The notes under the pieces were generated by a model. The model searched no databases. It saw only the letters and a program-made list of their open reading frames with translations, and had not been told where the DNA came from. A program made the translations under genes and the position numbers. From Vitrella brassicaformis CCMP3155 (taxonomy: Eukaryota > Protista > Chromerida), in NCBI GenBank assembly GCA_001179505.1, contig CDMY01000708.1, positions 186,001 through 250,000 of the forward strand: a DNA stretch of 64,000 nt, read 5' to 3'. Within the stretch, counting starts at the first letter, position 1; the number at the start of each line of letters is the position of its first letter. Of the stretch, positions 37,161 through 48,552 are shown piece after piece.

Positions 37161-38072
37161 TCAGCTGTCTGTCGCACCTGCATTAGCACTCTCGCCCTTG
37201 TCGCCCTCAGCAGCAGCAGCATCGGCCGGCGGTGTGTCGGCCGCTGCTGACGGCTCCTCTGCTGCCGTGCCCTCGCCCTCGCCCCCTCCGTCCTTGCCGT
37301 CGACCAGTGCCAGGTTGATGGCGCGTGCCAGCTTAGTGGGCACCTGCTTGACCGACGTGGCCAGCCGTGTTGGGACCATGTTGATGAGCACAGCGATCTT
37401 CTGGATGAGCTCCAGCTTGGTGGGCAGCTTGCTGATGGCGTCCACGCCCTCGGCGTCCAGCACGGTGCTGTCAAACGACCCGCCTTTGATGACGTTGTGC
37501 TCCCGGAAGTCGGGCATGCCCTTGCCGAACTGCTTGAGCGCCTCCATGACGCCCTTGTAGTCCTCGTGTGTCACAAACACATAGAGACTCTGCCCCGTCG
37601 CGCCGTTGGCGTAATCCTCGAAGTCAGTCCCCTTGGCGGCCACACGCAGGAGGCGGTTCTTGACCGTGTGGATCTTGGTGCCTTCAGGCAGAGACCGCCG
37701 CAGCTTCACGCGCTCGTTGGGGCCGAGCTTGCTCCCCTCCAGAGCGAACAGCAGGTTGGTGTCGCCCAGGAGGTCAGAGAACTTGTCGATAGTCGCCTGC
37801 TTGCCCTCCTTTGTGGTTGCCGTGCCCTGGGCGCCGCCATGCACACGAGTCCACAAGAGATCTTCGCGAGATGCCGGCCGCCTGAGGAAAGATGGTGAGG
37901 GTGGGACGAAAGCAGATGCAGCCAGGGGGTGGGTGCCATGGGCGAGGAGGAGGGAGGACGCGACCAGGGTGCACAGCAGGGCAGTGCGGCAGGATCCACT
38001 TGTTGGTGCAGATCTTCTTGGTTGGTGTGGAGGGCAGGGAGAGGGGGCCTCTGCCTCCCTATTCCGCTTCAT
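37161..38072 (-). CDS. rpl10: Plastid 50S ribosomal protein uL10 (nucleus-encoded, bipartite targeting sequence, intronless)
   Basis: Single 303-aa ORF. Hydrophobic core LLCTLVASSLLLA, then ASA|FVPP and a transit peptide. Bacterial-type L10 motifs TTKEGKQATI, KLRRSLP..VKNRLLRVA, IKGGSFDSTVLDAEGVDAISKLPTKLELIQKIA. Confidence 0.9.
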   Translation of the reverse strand: MKRNREAEAPSPCPPHQPRRSAPTSGSCRTALLCTLVASSLLLAHGTHPLAASAFVPPSPSFLRRPASREDLLWTRVHGGAQGTATTKEGKQATIDKFSDLLGDTNLLFALEGSKLGPNERVKLRRSLPEGTKIHTVKNRLLRVAAKGTDFEDYANGATGQSLYVFVTHEDYKGVMEALKQFGKGMPDFREHNVIKGGSFDSTVLDAEGVDAISKLPTKLELIQKIAVLINMVPTRLATSVKQVPTKLARAINLALVDGKDGGGEGEGTAAEEPSAAADTPPADAAAAEGDKGESANAGATDS

Positions 38073-38250
38073 TCTCCAGACAGAGCCTTGCCGACGAAGT
38101 TGCCGTGTAACCTCTGCGCTCTAATCCCTCCAGAGAGGTTTCGGGTGTTTTGGTTAGCGCGTTTGGAGTCCGCTGCGGCCGCCGCAGCAGATCGCGTATT
38201 GCCTTGCGCCTCCGTCCATTCATCCATAGGATTCCCTTGCTTGCTGAGCG

Positions 38251-39002
38251 ATGGGGATCAAGGGTCTGATCAAGTTCATCAGCGACGCGGCGCCCCGCAG
38301 CCTGAAGGAGCACGAGAAGTACGATTTTCTGATGGGTCAGAAGCTGGCCATCGACGCGTCCATGTCGCTGTACCAGTTCATGATAGCCATCCGCGACGGC
38401 AGCAGCGGCAACAACCCCAACTTCTCGTACGCCAACCTCACCAACGAGAGCGGAGAGACCACCTCCCACATCATGGGCATGCTCAACAGAGTCGTCAAGT
38501 TCCTCGGTACGGAAAACACCACACACAACACCCACCGCACACTGGCACACGATTGCCACGGCATCTCAAGCATCTGAATGAGTGTGTTGCGGTGTGCATC
38601 TCTCTGTCTGTCTGTCTGTCTATCTGTCAGAGGCTGGCATCAAGCCCGTGTACGTGTTTGACGGCGCGCCCCCCCGCCTGAAGAGCGGCGAGCTGCTGAT
38701 GCGTTCGGACAAGCGTGCCAAGGCCGAGGAGGACCTCGAGGCCGCCAAGGAGGCGGGCGACAAGGAGGAGGTCAAGAAGTTCACGGGCCGCACCGTCAAG
38801 GTCACCAAGCAGCACAACGACGACGTCAAACACCTGCTCAAGCTCATGGGCATACCCATCGTGGACGCGCCGTGCGAGGCCGAGGCACAGTGCGCCAAAC
38901 TCGCGGCCAAGGGCAAGGTCTACGCCACCGCCACGGACGACGCTGACGCACTCACATTCGGGTCGGTGGGCTGGGTGGGTGTTTGAGATGGATGGCCACA
39001 CA

Positions 39003-39035
<33 letters not shown>

Positions 39036-40141
39036 GGGGGAGGGGGGGAGGGAGGGAGCGAGAGGGGGTCATATATGTGTGTGTTTGTGTGTGCTGTGTT
39101 GGTCGAGTGCAGGTCGCCGACGGTGATTCGGCACCTGAATTTCTCGGAGCAGAAGGACCGTGGCAACAAGGTGCACGTGCTGACGCTCGCGACGGTGTTG
39201 GAGGACCTGAAGCTGACCATGGACGAGTTCATCGACTTCTGCATCCTCTGCGGCTGCGACTACTGCGACTCCATCAAGGGCATCGGGCCCGTCACGGCCC
39301 ACAAGCTGGTGCAGCAGCACCACTCCATCGAGAACATCATCAAGCACATGAAGAAGGAGAAGGGCGACAAGTTCGTCCTGCCAGACAACTTCCCCTTCGA
39401 GGAGGCAAGAAACATGTTCAAGGATCCCCAAGTACATACGCCACGCCCCTGCCGCTCAGCCACACACACACATTCACTGTCACATGTGTGTGTGTGTGTG
39501 TGTGTGTGTGGTGCAGGTAGCTGAGGGTGACGAGTTGGGAGAGTTCAAGTGGGCGGATCCGCAGTACGAGGAGCTCAAGACCTGGCTCGTCGAGACCCAC
39601 ACCTTCAACGCCGAGCGAGTAGACAAAATCATTCAGCGGTGAGTCCGCCACACACACACACACCACACGCACACACACATGTGCCGCTCACACACGCCCC
39701 TCTGTGTGTTGTGTGTGTTATTCCCTGACGCAGGCTCAAGAAGGCCAAGAGCAAGTCGGGCCAGATGCGACTCGAGAACTTCTTCGGAGCCGTTACGGTC
39801 ACTGTAAGTGCCACCACACCACACTGGCCACACAGACAGACCCCCACAATCCGTCCGTCATCTCTCTCTCTCTCTCTCTCTCTGCGTGACATGGTTGCAC
39901 CAAACAGGCGAATCCGAAGAAGGAGGCGAAGGAGTTGAAGCAGCGTCAGGAGGCCAAGGCCAAGGCCAAGCAGATCGCCAAGGACAAGGCCGCCAAGCGC
40001 AAGGCCGCACAGGGCACTGGCGCAGCCGCACCCAAGAAGAAGGCCAAAACCGACAAGGCCGAGGCCGCCGCCAAACAGGACGACCAACAGCCCAGCCACG
40101 ACGGCGACGACGAGCCCAGCCACGGCCCCGACGACGAGTAG
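38251..40141 (+). CDS. FEN1: Flap endonuclease 1
   Basis: [86 protein letters not shown] (PIP box). Catalytic acidic residues are retained; six exons join in frame. Confidence 0.96.
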
Positions 40142-41326
40142 CTCAGTCTCACACACACACACGTTCACTCAGATACTCACACACACACACACGCACACAC
40201 CCCTACCCCTATATGCCATTGCCGCTTCCTTGTACAGAGAGAGACGAGACGTAGTTGATTGAGGGAGGGAGGCGGGGGGTGGGCGGGTGGCGATGGTAGA
40301 TATGGCGATTGCCTGCCTGCATCCATGTGTGTTGTCGCTGAGAGGGCGGAGCCTGTGCTGGTTGGGTTGCTGCCTCTCTCTCTTGCCCCGATGGACGGAT
40401 GGCGCCGACAGGCAGGCCGACAGGCAGACAGACAGACCGGTACAGACACAAGACAGCCCGCCCGAATAGTCGCGTGTCCGCCCTCTGTGCAGCCTATCGA
40501 GGGCGACAGACACGCACACCACACCCTCTCACCGAGTCGACTCGACTCGGCTCGACTCGTACGGTAGACAGACAGACCGACTCGCTCACTCACTCTGCTG
40601 GCTCTTGACGGCGTCTGGTGTAGCTTGCCGACCGACCCACTGACTGACTGACTCGGGCCGGGGTCTTATTCGTTGGTTGACAATGTTCCTTCCTGACTGC
40701 CTGGCTGGCTGCCTGGCTGGGCTGCCTGGCTGGCTGGCTGCCTGGGTTTATCCAGCCATCTTTGCGTGTCTGTGTGGACGGACCGGCCCATACCTTACCT
40801 TCCCGAATGTGTGTGAGCGTGGGGGAGGGAGGGTGGCTGGGAATGCAATGCGCCCGTGCGATGAATCAATGAATGAATGCGTTCATGCCTTTATATTATA
40901 TAACGGTCCGTCATGAGACACACACACACACACACATGGATTGGTTTCACGTAGCAAGCAAGCAGCAACCGTCCGTCTGGTTGTGCAGGTGCCCCTGCCC
41001 TCTGTCTGCCCGAGTGCCGAGCTTGTGTGTGTGTGTGCCACCGACACCAGATGTTGGAATGGCGAACGGCAAGGCACTCGGACAGCCACAGGGCAGCGGG
41101 ACACGACACACGCGCAGACAGACGACACACACAGAGATGCTGTGCTGTGCTGCTACCTACCCTACACTCAGACAGACAGACAGACACCTAGCAGCCCCTC
41201 GACGGCAGAGCTCAGCTGCACACAGCCGACAGACAGATAGATGAGATGGGTGGCTGGCTGGATGGACACGCACCACTTCACGGAATGCACCAACCGGCCC
41301 CGCTGCCTCGGTATGATTGATGTTCG

Positions 41327-41358
<32 letters not shown>

Positions 41359-41757
41359 CGTGCGTTGCGCTAAGGACACCGGACACCTCTCTCTGTCGGT
41401 CTGTTTCTATCTACGTGAATGAAATGATGACATGTCTGTCCATCCTGACGGTCCGTGTGGCCCACCCAACACGGACCACCAGCAGCTGAGCTAGCCACGC
41501 ATGGATCCGATCCGTCCAGGCAACCAAAACACCAACCAGCGCACACAGGTACAGACAGACAGACAGGCAGGCAGGAAGGTAGCATAGCATACCAGACATA
41601 CACCCACTTCAACACCACTCACTCACGCCACACCACACCCCACCCCGGCTGGCTAAGCACCTCACTCACTCAGGCCCCTCCCCGTCATCCCTCTCTCTAT
41701 GCTATGCTACACATCACATCCACCCCCGTCGGTGTGTGAGTCGACCCATCTGTCTAT

Positions 41758-41992
41758 CTATCGCCCCCCATACCCCCGCCCTCTCTGCATGCCGCCCCTG
41801 CCGCGCATCATCATTCCGCCCCCGCCCCCGCCGCCCCGCTGGTTGCTGTAGGGGTTGCCCGCAGCAGCACTGGCCGCCGTGGCGTGAGTGGGGCGGTCGT
41901 CGCCCGACCGCTCCCACACATCCTCGTCTGCCGTCTGGTACACGGTGCCGTCACGCTCCAGCGCCTTGAGCACACCCACCACACGACTCCCT

Positions 41993-42027
<35 letters not shown>

Positions 42028-43143
42028 AGAGAGAAAGGAGGGATCCACACACGTGTGCTCAAGCGTGTCCAGTGTTGTGTTGTGTTGTGTAGTGTAGTGT
42101 ATGTGTTCAACCTCGCTTAGCTTACGGTTCATGCCGCTGAACTGGCTGGCCAGCTGCTGGACCATGCTGTCGACGTGCACCTGGCCTGCCTCAGGGACCA
42201 GGATGTCCAGCAGGGCCGCCTGCACATCCGGGGGGTTCCCATACGGCAGGCCTCGAGCCGCCCCACCACCCGCTACCCCGCCCCGCCCGCCCGCACCATT
42301 CATCTGAGGGCCCGTACCCATGCCACCGCGGCCACGGCCAGGAGGAGACGGTCCGCCGCGGCCACCACGCTGCTGCTGCTGCATACCGCCTCGCCCGCCC
42401 CCGCCCCCGCCGCCGCCACCCCCTGCTGCTGCTGCCGCAGCTGCCGCTGGCGCTGGGTCTGGTTTCTTGTTGGGGTTGTTTGGGTGTGTCTCCCACTGGG
42501 ACCGAGTGATGGCGTGGTCAGGGCATGTCATCTGCACGTGGACGTGGGCGCACTCGACGAGGTGGTAGCCGACGTCGGTGATGTCGTTGTTGGGGACGGG
42601 GCGGATGCTCAGCAGCTGCAGGTAGGTGTTGCCCGCGCCACCGCCCCAGCTCTTGAGTGTCCCCACACACCGTACCAGCATCGTGTCCTCCTCGATCTGC
42701 TTGGCCTCCTCGCCGTCCGACGACACGAAGCGCTTGCCCTGGACGAGGGCGCCCGTGTGGTCGTCGAGGGTGTATGTGATGTGGTTCTGGTCGCGCTTGA
42801 TCTGCCGCACCACGCCCACGATCTCGAGGATGGGGTCGCCCTGCACCCCGTTGATCTCGATCGCCTGGTCGGTCGCCTGGGACCGCTCCACCGCCTGGTG
42901 CACCATGGCACACGTCACAGGGATCCACCCCGACTCACGTCCGTCGCCACCACCACCACCACCCCCTCCGCCGCCGCCACCATACCCACTGCTGCGGCCG
43001 CCCCCTCCCCCTCCCCCCTGCTGGTAGCCGCCCTGCTGTGCGCTGTCGTCGTATCCGCCGCCTCCGTAGGCGTCATAGCCGCCTCCTCCTCCGTCACCTT
43101 GGTCGTCGTCATAGCCCCCGTACGTGTCGCCGAAGAAGGCCAT
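41758..43143 (-). CDS. RPA2: Replication protein A 32-kDa subunit (OB fold + winged helix) with Gly/RGG-rich regions
   Basis: Exons 43143-42126 and 41990-41758 (AAC C|gtaagc..tgtcag|GG AGT). OB fold WIPVTCAMV..LEIVGVVR..ITYTLDDHTG..VRCVGTLK..YHLVECAHVH; winged helix ending LERDGTVYQTADED. An STN1-like paralogue cannot be fully excluded. Confidence 0.8.
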
Positions 43144-43687
43144 GAGATCTGTGGGTGGGCAGATGGGCGACAGACAAGACGAAGTGGATGCATGGGTTGA
43201 ACCAGCCTTGTGCGTGTGGCCAGCCAGATGTGTTCGCCTTACTTTACTGGAGATGCGATGCTGGCGCAGATAACGAGAACGAGTCCTCGTCAACACGCAC
43301 GCGGCTGGTGCGCAAAGATCTGTGGGCAAGAGAGAAGCCACAGAATGCAGGATGGATGGATAGATAGATCTGCTGGTGGGTGTCTTGGCTCGCTGCTCAT
43401 GCATTCCTTCCTCCTCACCTATGCGGTCGGTATCAGCGAGATGCAGCCAAGTACTTTTGAGCGCAATGGATGCTGCAGCTGCAAGTTCTTGTCTGGCGGT
43501 CCCTCTCTTATCGCCCTGCGACGCACAAGCTACCGGCCTGGGGCCGATCCGGTCGGATTTGCGCGCTACAGATTTGTGTGACGCTACAGGGATGAAGCAC
43601 ATGCAATCAAACCTGTACAGGTGTTATGGGTCAGCCTCTTGAGATGGCATAGAGCCATGTCCTCAAGAGCCTTCCCTCGTTAGCGTG

Positions 43688-46464
43688 ATGAGCAAGAGGA
43701 CCCGAGCCTCCCCAGCGTCACAGGTAAGCCACGCCGAGGCCTGCTGAACCTACGCATGCTATGCTGCTCTCTCTGTCGCAGGGGCTTGATGATCTCACGG
43801 CACGATTCTCCCAGCTGGCAGGGCTGCAGCAACGCGTCGCCGAGCTTCACCGCAGGGTGAGGTGACTGAACCGACACACACACGAATCCATGCATGGATC
43901 TGTGTGTTGCGCGCAGGTAGAGAGGGTGTTTGAGCTCAGGGCGGCGAGAGATAACTCGTCTGAGTCAGATGTGAGAAAAGGCGAAGCAGCATGACGCCCT
44001 GCACACTCACTCCTCGGATGCTTGCCTTGTCACTTCTCCCATCAGCATCTCAGTGGCCAGTGTGCAGTGCTGCTCAGCCTGCTCAAGACAATCGCTCACA
44101 CCGATAGCTGCGCCCAGACGGCATCGCTGATCCGCCTCGCCCACACCAAATGCGACTTCATCTATGCCACGCTGCAGCGACCGGTGCACAGCACACACCC
44201 TCACACGATGACCTCTCGCACACACACTTGCCTCTTGGCTCTGTGGGTGTGCCAATCAGTCGTTGTCGGCTTCCCCGCTCATCATGCTGCCCGAGTCATG
44301 CTTCAGCGACCACATCTGCCCTTTGATCGGCACACGGTCTACCCTCACCGACCTCGCCCCCTCGTACCCATCCCTCCACACCATCTCCCGCAAACCAACC
44401 ACACACAAGATGCTGCACCTGGGCACCGACTCTGCCAGGGTGATCGAGATGACCCAGCGGCAGGTGGCCGTGTGGGGTGCGGCATTCAGCAAGGCCAAGC
44501 GAGCCTTCATGGAGTGTGCTCCTTCCACGGGGGTGGTAGAGCTGCTGGAGCGGGCGAGCATCTCGCTGGAGGAGCTCGAGGCGTGGTCGGATGGCGAATC
44601 AGTAGCCCACCGCCTCGAGCCGAAGCCGCGAGAGGGACGCGGTGAGATCGTCTTCCCCGTGCTGACACGCGTCAAGCTGGCCGGTTGGTGGATCCGTGTC
44701 GCCGACAACCGACGGTGGATGCCAACGTAAGTGGGGGAGGGCTTGGGCGGAGTAAAGGGCACGCTGCCATGTGTGCATGCCTGTCAGGTCGCTGGTTGAC
44801 GTCCATCTTCGCGATATGGTTGTCCAGAATGATGACGTTGGTGCATGGGACGAGCCAGAGAAGTGCTCTGGCCAGCATTCTTCTAGCTGCAAGAGCTGGC
44901 TGGCGGGCACAGGGCCTCATCGTGTGGTGCTCGAGGTCGCACCCGATGAGGATGGGCGGGAGCTGGCGTGGCAGCTGGAGGACCTTCGCTCCCTCGTCAA
45001 GCCATCCATCAAGTGGGAAGAAAGGAGGCAGGACAATGCCGGCGTACGCATTCATCCCTGAGTCACGGCACTGCTTGTCATTCCAGGCAACTCAAGGGTG
45101 TGCGGTGTCGTCCGGGTGTCCACTCGACCCGGCAGGAGCTTGCACGTGTTGCCAACGTCACCCTGCAGCTGGAGGAGCTTGGCGTTGACACCAACGAAGA
45201 CGATGAAGCCACCGATACCGAAATGTTGGAGGTCAGGAAAAGGAAGCCATTCGATGCCTAAACCCTTGATGTGCCACCGGAATGTGCGTCGTATCAGGTT
45301 GTAGAGCGGCTTCGGTCCTCATGGCTGGCGCCAAGCGGAATCATCACCTTCAACTGCCGCCCAGGTGTCTCCTTCGACGTCCTGATCGGGTTGCGGCGGC
45401 TGGGGGACTGCCCCTCCTGGGCTGGCACCCTCACCCATCTGGCTTCCCTCGTCACACGTGTGCAGTTCCCCTCTGCTCTGGCTGCAAGCTTCTCTGTGTC
45501 GTATTTGCTGCCTCAGCTCGTATTTTCGCGGGCTGAGAAGCTAGTACTGTGCAACGTCGCGGCTTCGGCTGGCTCTGAGCCTCTCCCCCTCCCTGATGTG
45601 TTCTTATCCCACATATCTGATGCCCACTTCCCTCGGGTGGCCACACTCGACCTGTACCAGGTAGTGGGGATGAGACAGGAGGCAGTGGGCAAGGCGCTAG
45701 ACTTGAAGTCGATCAGAGAGGTGCAGTTTGATAAGAGCTTTGATCAGAGGGCACGGCTTTTTGTGCCGTTCTTCTTTCCCCACTGCCTGGCCACGTGCAG
45801 CCCGACGGGCCCGCCTCTTCACATCAAACCCCACTTTTACTCGGGTGATGTGAGCGTGCTTACGGGTGTGTGGTCGCTGTGGGAGGGAGGGACAGGGGCA
45901 ACTAGCAATGGGCATCAGCGAGGCTTAGAAAAGCGCGTTCAGAAGATTAGCGTGAGTGTGCAGTGGTACGACACGAGAAGAACAGTGTACAGGTGCGACA
46001 AGAGAAAGGAATCTGACGAGAGTGAGGATGAAGGCAGCGATCAGGGAGAGGATGGCGGGGTCTTTCCGGTGTGTCTGCACGCCATCGACAAGTGCCCCCT
46101 CCTTGACTCGATCGTCCTTCAGCGCAGTTTCCGTAGTTTGTCTGTCGACGAGCTAGGAGCCAGCCCTCAGCCAGTGAAGAGCCAGTTGCTGTCAAGTGGT
46201 TTCGTGGCTGTGCAGACAGGCCATGACAAAGTGGAGCTGTATCGCGTGTTTGGCTGCCTGTTCCCCCGATGGCTGGCTGCGCATGTTTCTGCCCTCTCCC
46301 CGTGTGCCATTTTCGCCCCTCGCACGACTATGGATGATGCCGTGTCGCTGCCGGAGGCCCTTTTGGCTCATCTTGGCCTCCGCTTCCCTCGTTTCATAGC
46401 CCGTCACCTCAGCAGTGAGTGGCAGACTGCCCTGAGACAGGAGGTGTTTTCCAGGTGGCAGTAG
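43688..46464 (+). CDS. Hypothetical multi-exon protein (N-terminal coiled coil, F-box/LRR-like lineage-specific body)
   Basis: About 8 exons join in frame (MSKRTRASPASQ|GLDDLTAR..|VERVFE..|HLSGQC..|..LPESCFSDHICPLI..VVELLERASISLEEL..VFPVLTRVKL..|..) and end in the long ORF 45271-46464. No family assigned with certainty. Confidence 0.7.
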
Positions 46465-46644
46465 GGGCTGACTAGTGTCTGCGTTCGTGCGTTAGCGCAT
46501 GCATGAATGGATCTGATTAGACAAATGGTGTCTTGTGGTTGGTACACAAACCTGAATGATTCCTTCGTCCATAGCTCTCGAGCGATGAGTTCGATCCGCA
46601 ACAAAAGCTCGTGGCCTTAAGGAAGGAGAACGCCTTTTCCGCAG

Positions 46645-47486
46645 ATGCGATGGGTTAGCGGCCTCTTCTGCGCATTCGGCCTCTCAGTGGCGGATGCATT
46701 CCTTCCCGCGCAGCCGCACATCACCACACACCATGTGCAGCATCATGCCAGCCGCCGCCTCGCCGTTGTCAGAGCTGCCACTGGCAGTGGCGACAAGAAG
46801 ACACTCGAGAGGGTCCTGATTCGGCAAGGCGATGAGTCAGATCTGTCCAAGATCCGCCTCGTGTTGGCTTCACAACTCATGAAGTGAGCGGATGACAGAG
46901 CACAAAGGCTGCGTGACGTCTGCTGTATAGAATGAATGTGTTTGTACTGTGCAGTCCTTTGTTCTTGCAGGCTGAGAGGTTTGTGTGTGCCGAGATGGAT
47001 GGGCGGCTGATTGGCTTTGGTCAGGTACGGCCGCTGGATGGCGGCGGGGGCTCTTTCGAGGTGGCATCGCTGTTTGTCGATGAAGCGGAGAGGGGCAAAG
47101 GTACGCCATGAGGCCATGCAGCATGAGCCGTGTGTGAATGCTGCTGCGTGTGTGTCATTCACTCACTCACTCGGTCAGGCATCGGCAGCGCCATCGTGAG
47201 GCGTCTGTTGGAGCGGCATGGCGCCAAGGGCACGCTGTACCTACTCACATTATCCAAGACGACGCCATTCTGGTATGTGCTTGCTCGATCACAGAGGACA
47301 ACAAAACGCACGAGTGGCTTGTTATGTGTGTCTGATTCGGCAAGGGAGCGATTTGGTTTTCGCTTGGTGGGGTCAGACGAGGACGCTTCTCTGCCGGCAC
47401 TTCTTCGGTTGGAGCGAAGTGCTGGGACTCTCGTGGCTGGGGGACTGCTGGGGCAGACAGTGGTGGTCATGACAAAGGATGAGTAG
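46645..47486 (+). CDS. GNAT-family N-acetyltransferase, plastid-targeted (copy 1, intact)
   Basis: Four exons (introns 46884-46954, 47101-47178, 47273-47344). MRWVSGLFCAFGLSVADA|FLP is a signal peptide followed by Phe. MNPLFLQAERFVCAEMDGRLIGFGQVRP..VASLFVDEAERGKGIGSAIVRRLL (acetyl-CoA motif A)..LYLLT..PFWERFGF. Confidence 0.85.
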
Positions 47487-47599
47487 GTGGAAGAGACAGT
47501 GAGTAAGCAACGGTCAGATGCTTGTCGTGGGGGCTTATGTGACGTGTGACTCATTCACCTGCGGTCGTCATGTCTGTGTACGCATGTCACGTCCAGACC

Positions 47600-47809
47600 T
47601 TTCTTACTCGTGGCATTCATTCGTTCGACCGTTAACGAGGCGCTTACTGATCCATCCATCCATCCATCATGCACTTGACTTGCAGAGCATCCATGTAGCC
47701 TGTCTGTCAATCGACAACCGCTCACTGTTCGGTTGGCCTCGGCTGCATGTGCCGCGATCGCCCTATCAACCCATCCACACTCACGGAAGCCGAGAATGAC
47801 CGACCAGCA
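47600..47809 (+). repeat. Dispersed ~200-bp non-coding repeat, copy A (inverted relative to 60863-61066)
   Basis: The reverse complement of 47643-47809 aligns to 60863-61027 with a near-identical core and one 3-nt indel; weaker similarity continues for another ~40 bp. Confidence 0.85.
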
Positions 47810-48247
47810 AAAGCCCACCTATAAACACAGCACCTATCTGCCACAATCTCGACACTCGCACCAGAAAAAGGAGTGGTGTCCGATTTGGGATGAGTCAGTT
47901 GGAGGGGTAGCTTGATAGGCAACTTGATAGGCAGAGAGGCCCGATAGACACGGGCCAGCAATCTGACCCTGGCGTGCAATCAACGGATCTGACGGGAGAC
48001 TCATGATAAATACACACACACACACACACACACGCGGACCGACTACGGCTGACCTATGAATCCCTCGCCTCGTCAAGATGCGTCAAAGGCCAAGGGCCAC
48101 AAGAAAAATACACTGACTGCACACTGAACTATTGACTGTACACTGAACTATCACAAGAATCAATCAGTCACAAATGCTACACACCGTGTCGCCTGCCCAC
48201 AAACTCTTTCATTGGCCCCCCCCTGATACAACCACCCACCCATTCGC

Positions 48248-48517
48248 TCATGCACATGGTTTGCCCTCGCAGAAGCTTGCACAAATGCCACTGCATTTGA
48301 GCCTATCATTCTCTGAAGCGCACTCTCCTAACAGCACGAGTGCGTCACACATCTTGCAGTAACCCGCACGGTCCTTCTCGAACTCCGGGCACCCCGTGTT
48401 GGTCCGCTGCTCTGAGTTGGCCTCTGAGAGGGCCACAAAAGAGCCGATCACTTTCGGATTCGCCAGAGTCTCCTTAGCTTTAATGCCTAACACGCGCTCT
48501 ACATGCGCGCACGCATG

Positions 48518-48552
<35 letters not shown>

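Noticed and set aside
38900-38960. FEN1 motif ATDDAD instead of the usual ATEDMD as a sign of inactivation
   Set aside because: The two catalytic Asp positions (D179/D181 equivalents) and the other acidic residues are retained; the changes are conservative.
40142-41757. Many short ORFs between FEN1 and RPA2
   Set aside because: Low-complexity (CAGA)n/(CTGG)n/(CA)n sequence between convergent 3' ends; no coding signal.
43144-43602. 614-aa ORF implying a 150-aa N-terminal extension of RPA2
   Set aside because: It begins at a non-ATG-like upstream position and reads through microsatellite-like UTR and an intron. The ATG at 43143 gives a coherent protein.
48110-48151. Short ACACTGAACTAT direct repeats in the clostripain 3' flank
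   Set aside because: Only two exact 12-mers in slippage-prone sequence; no further structure.
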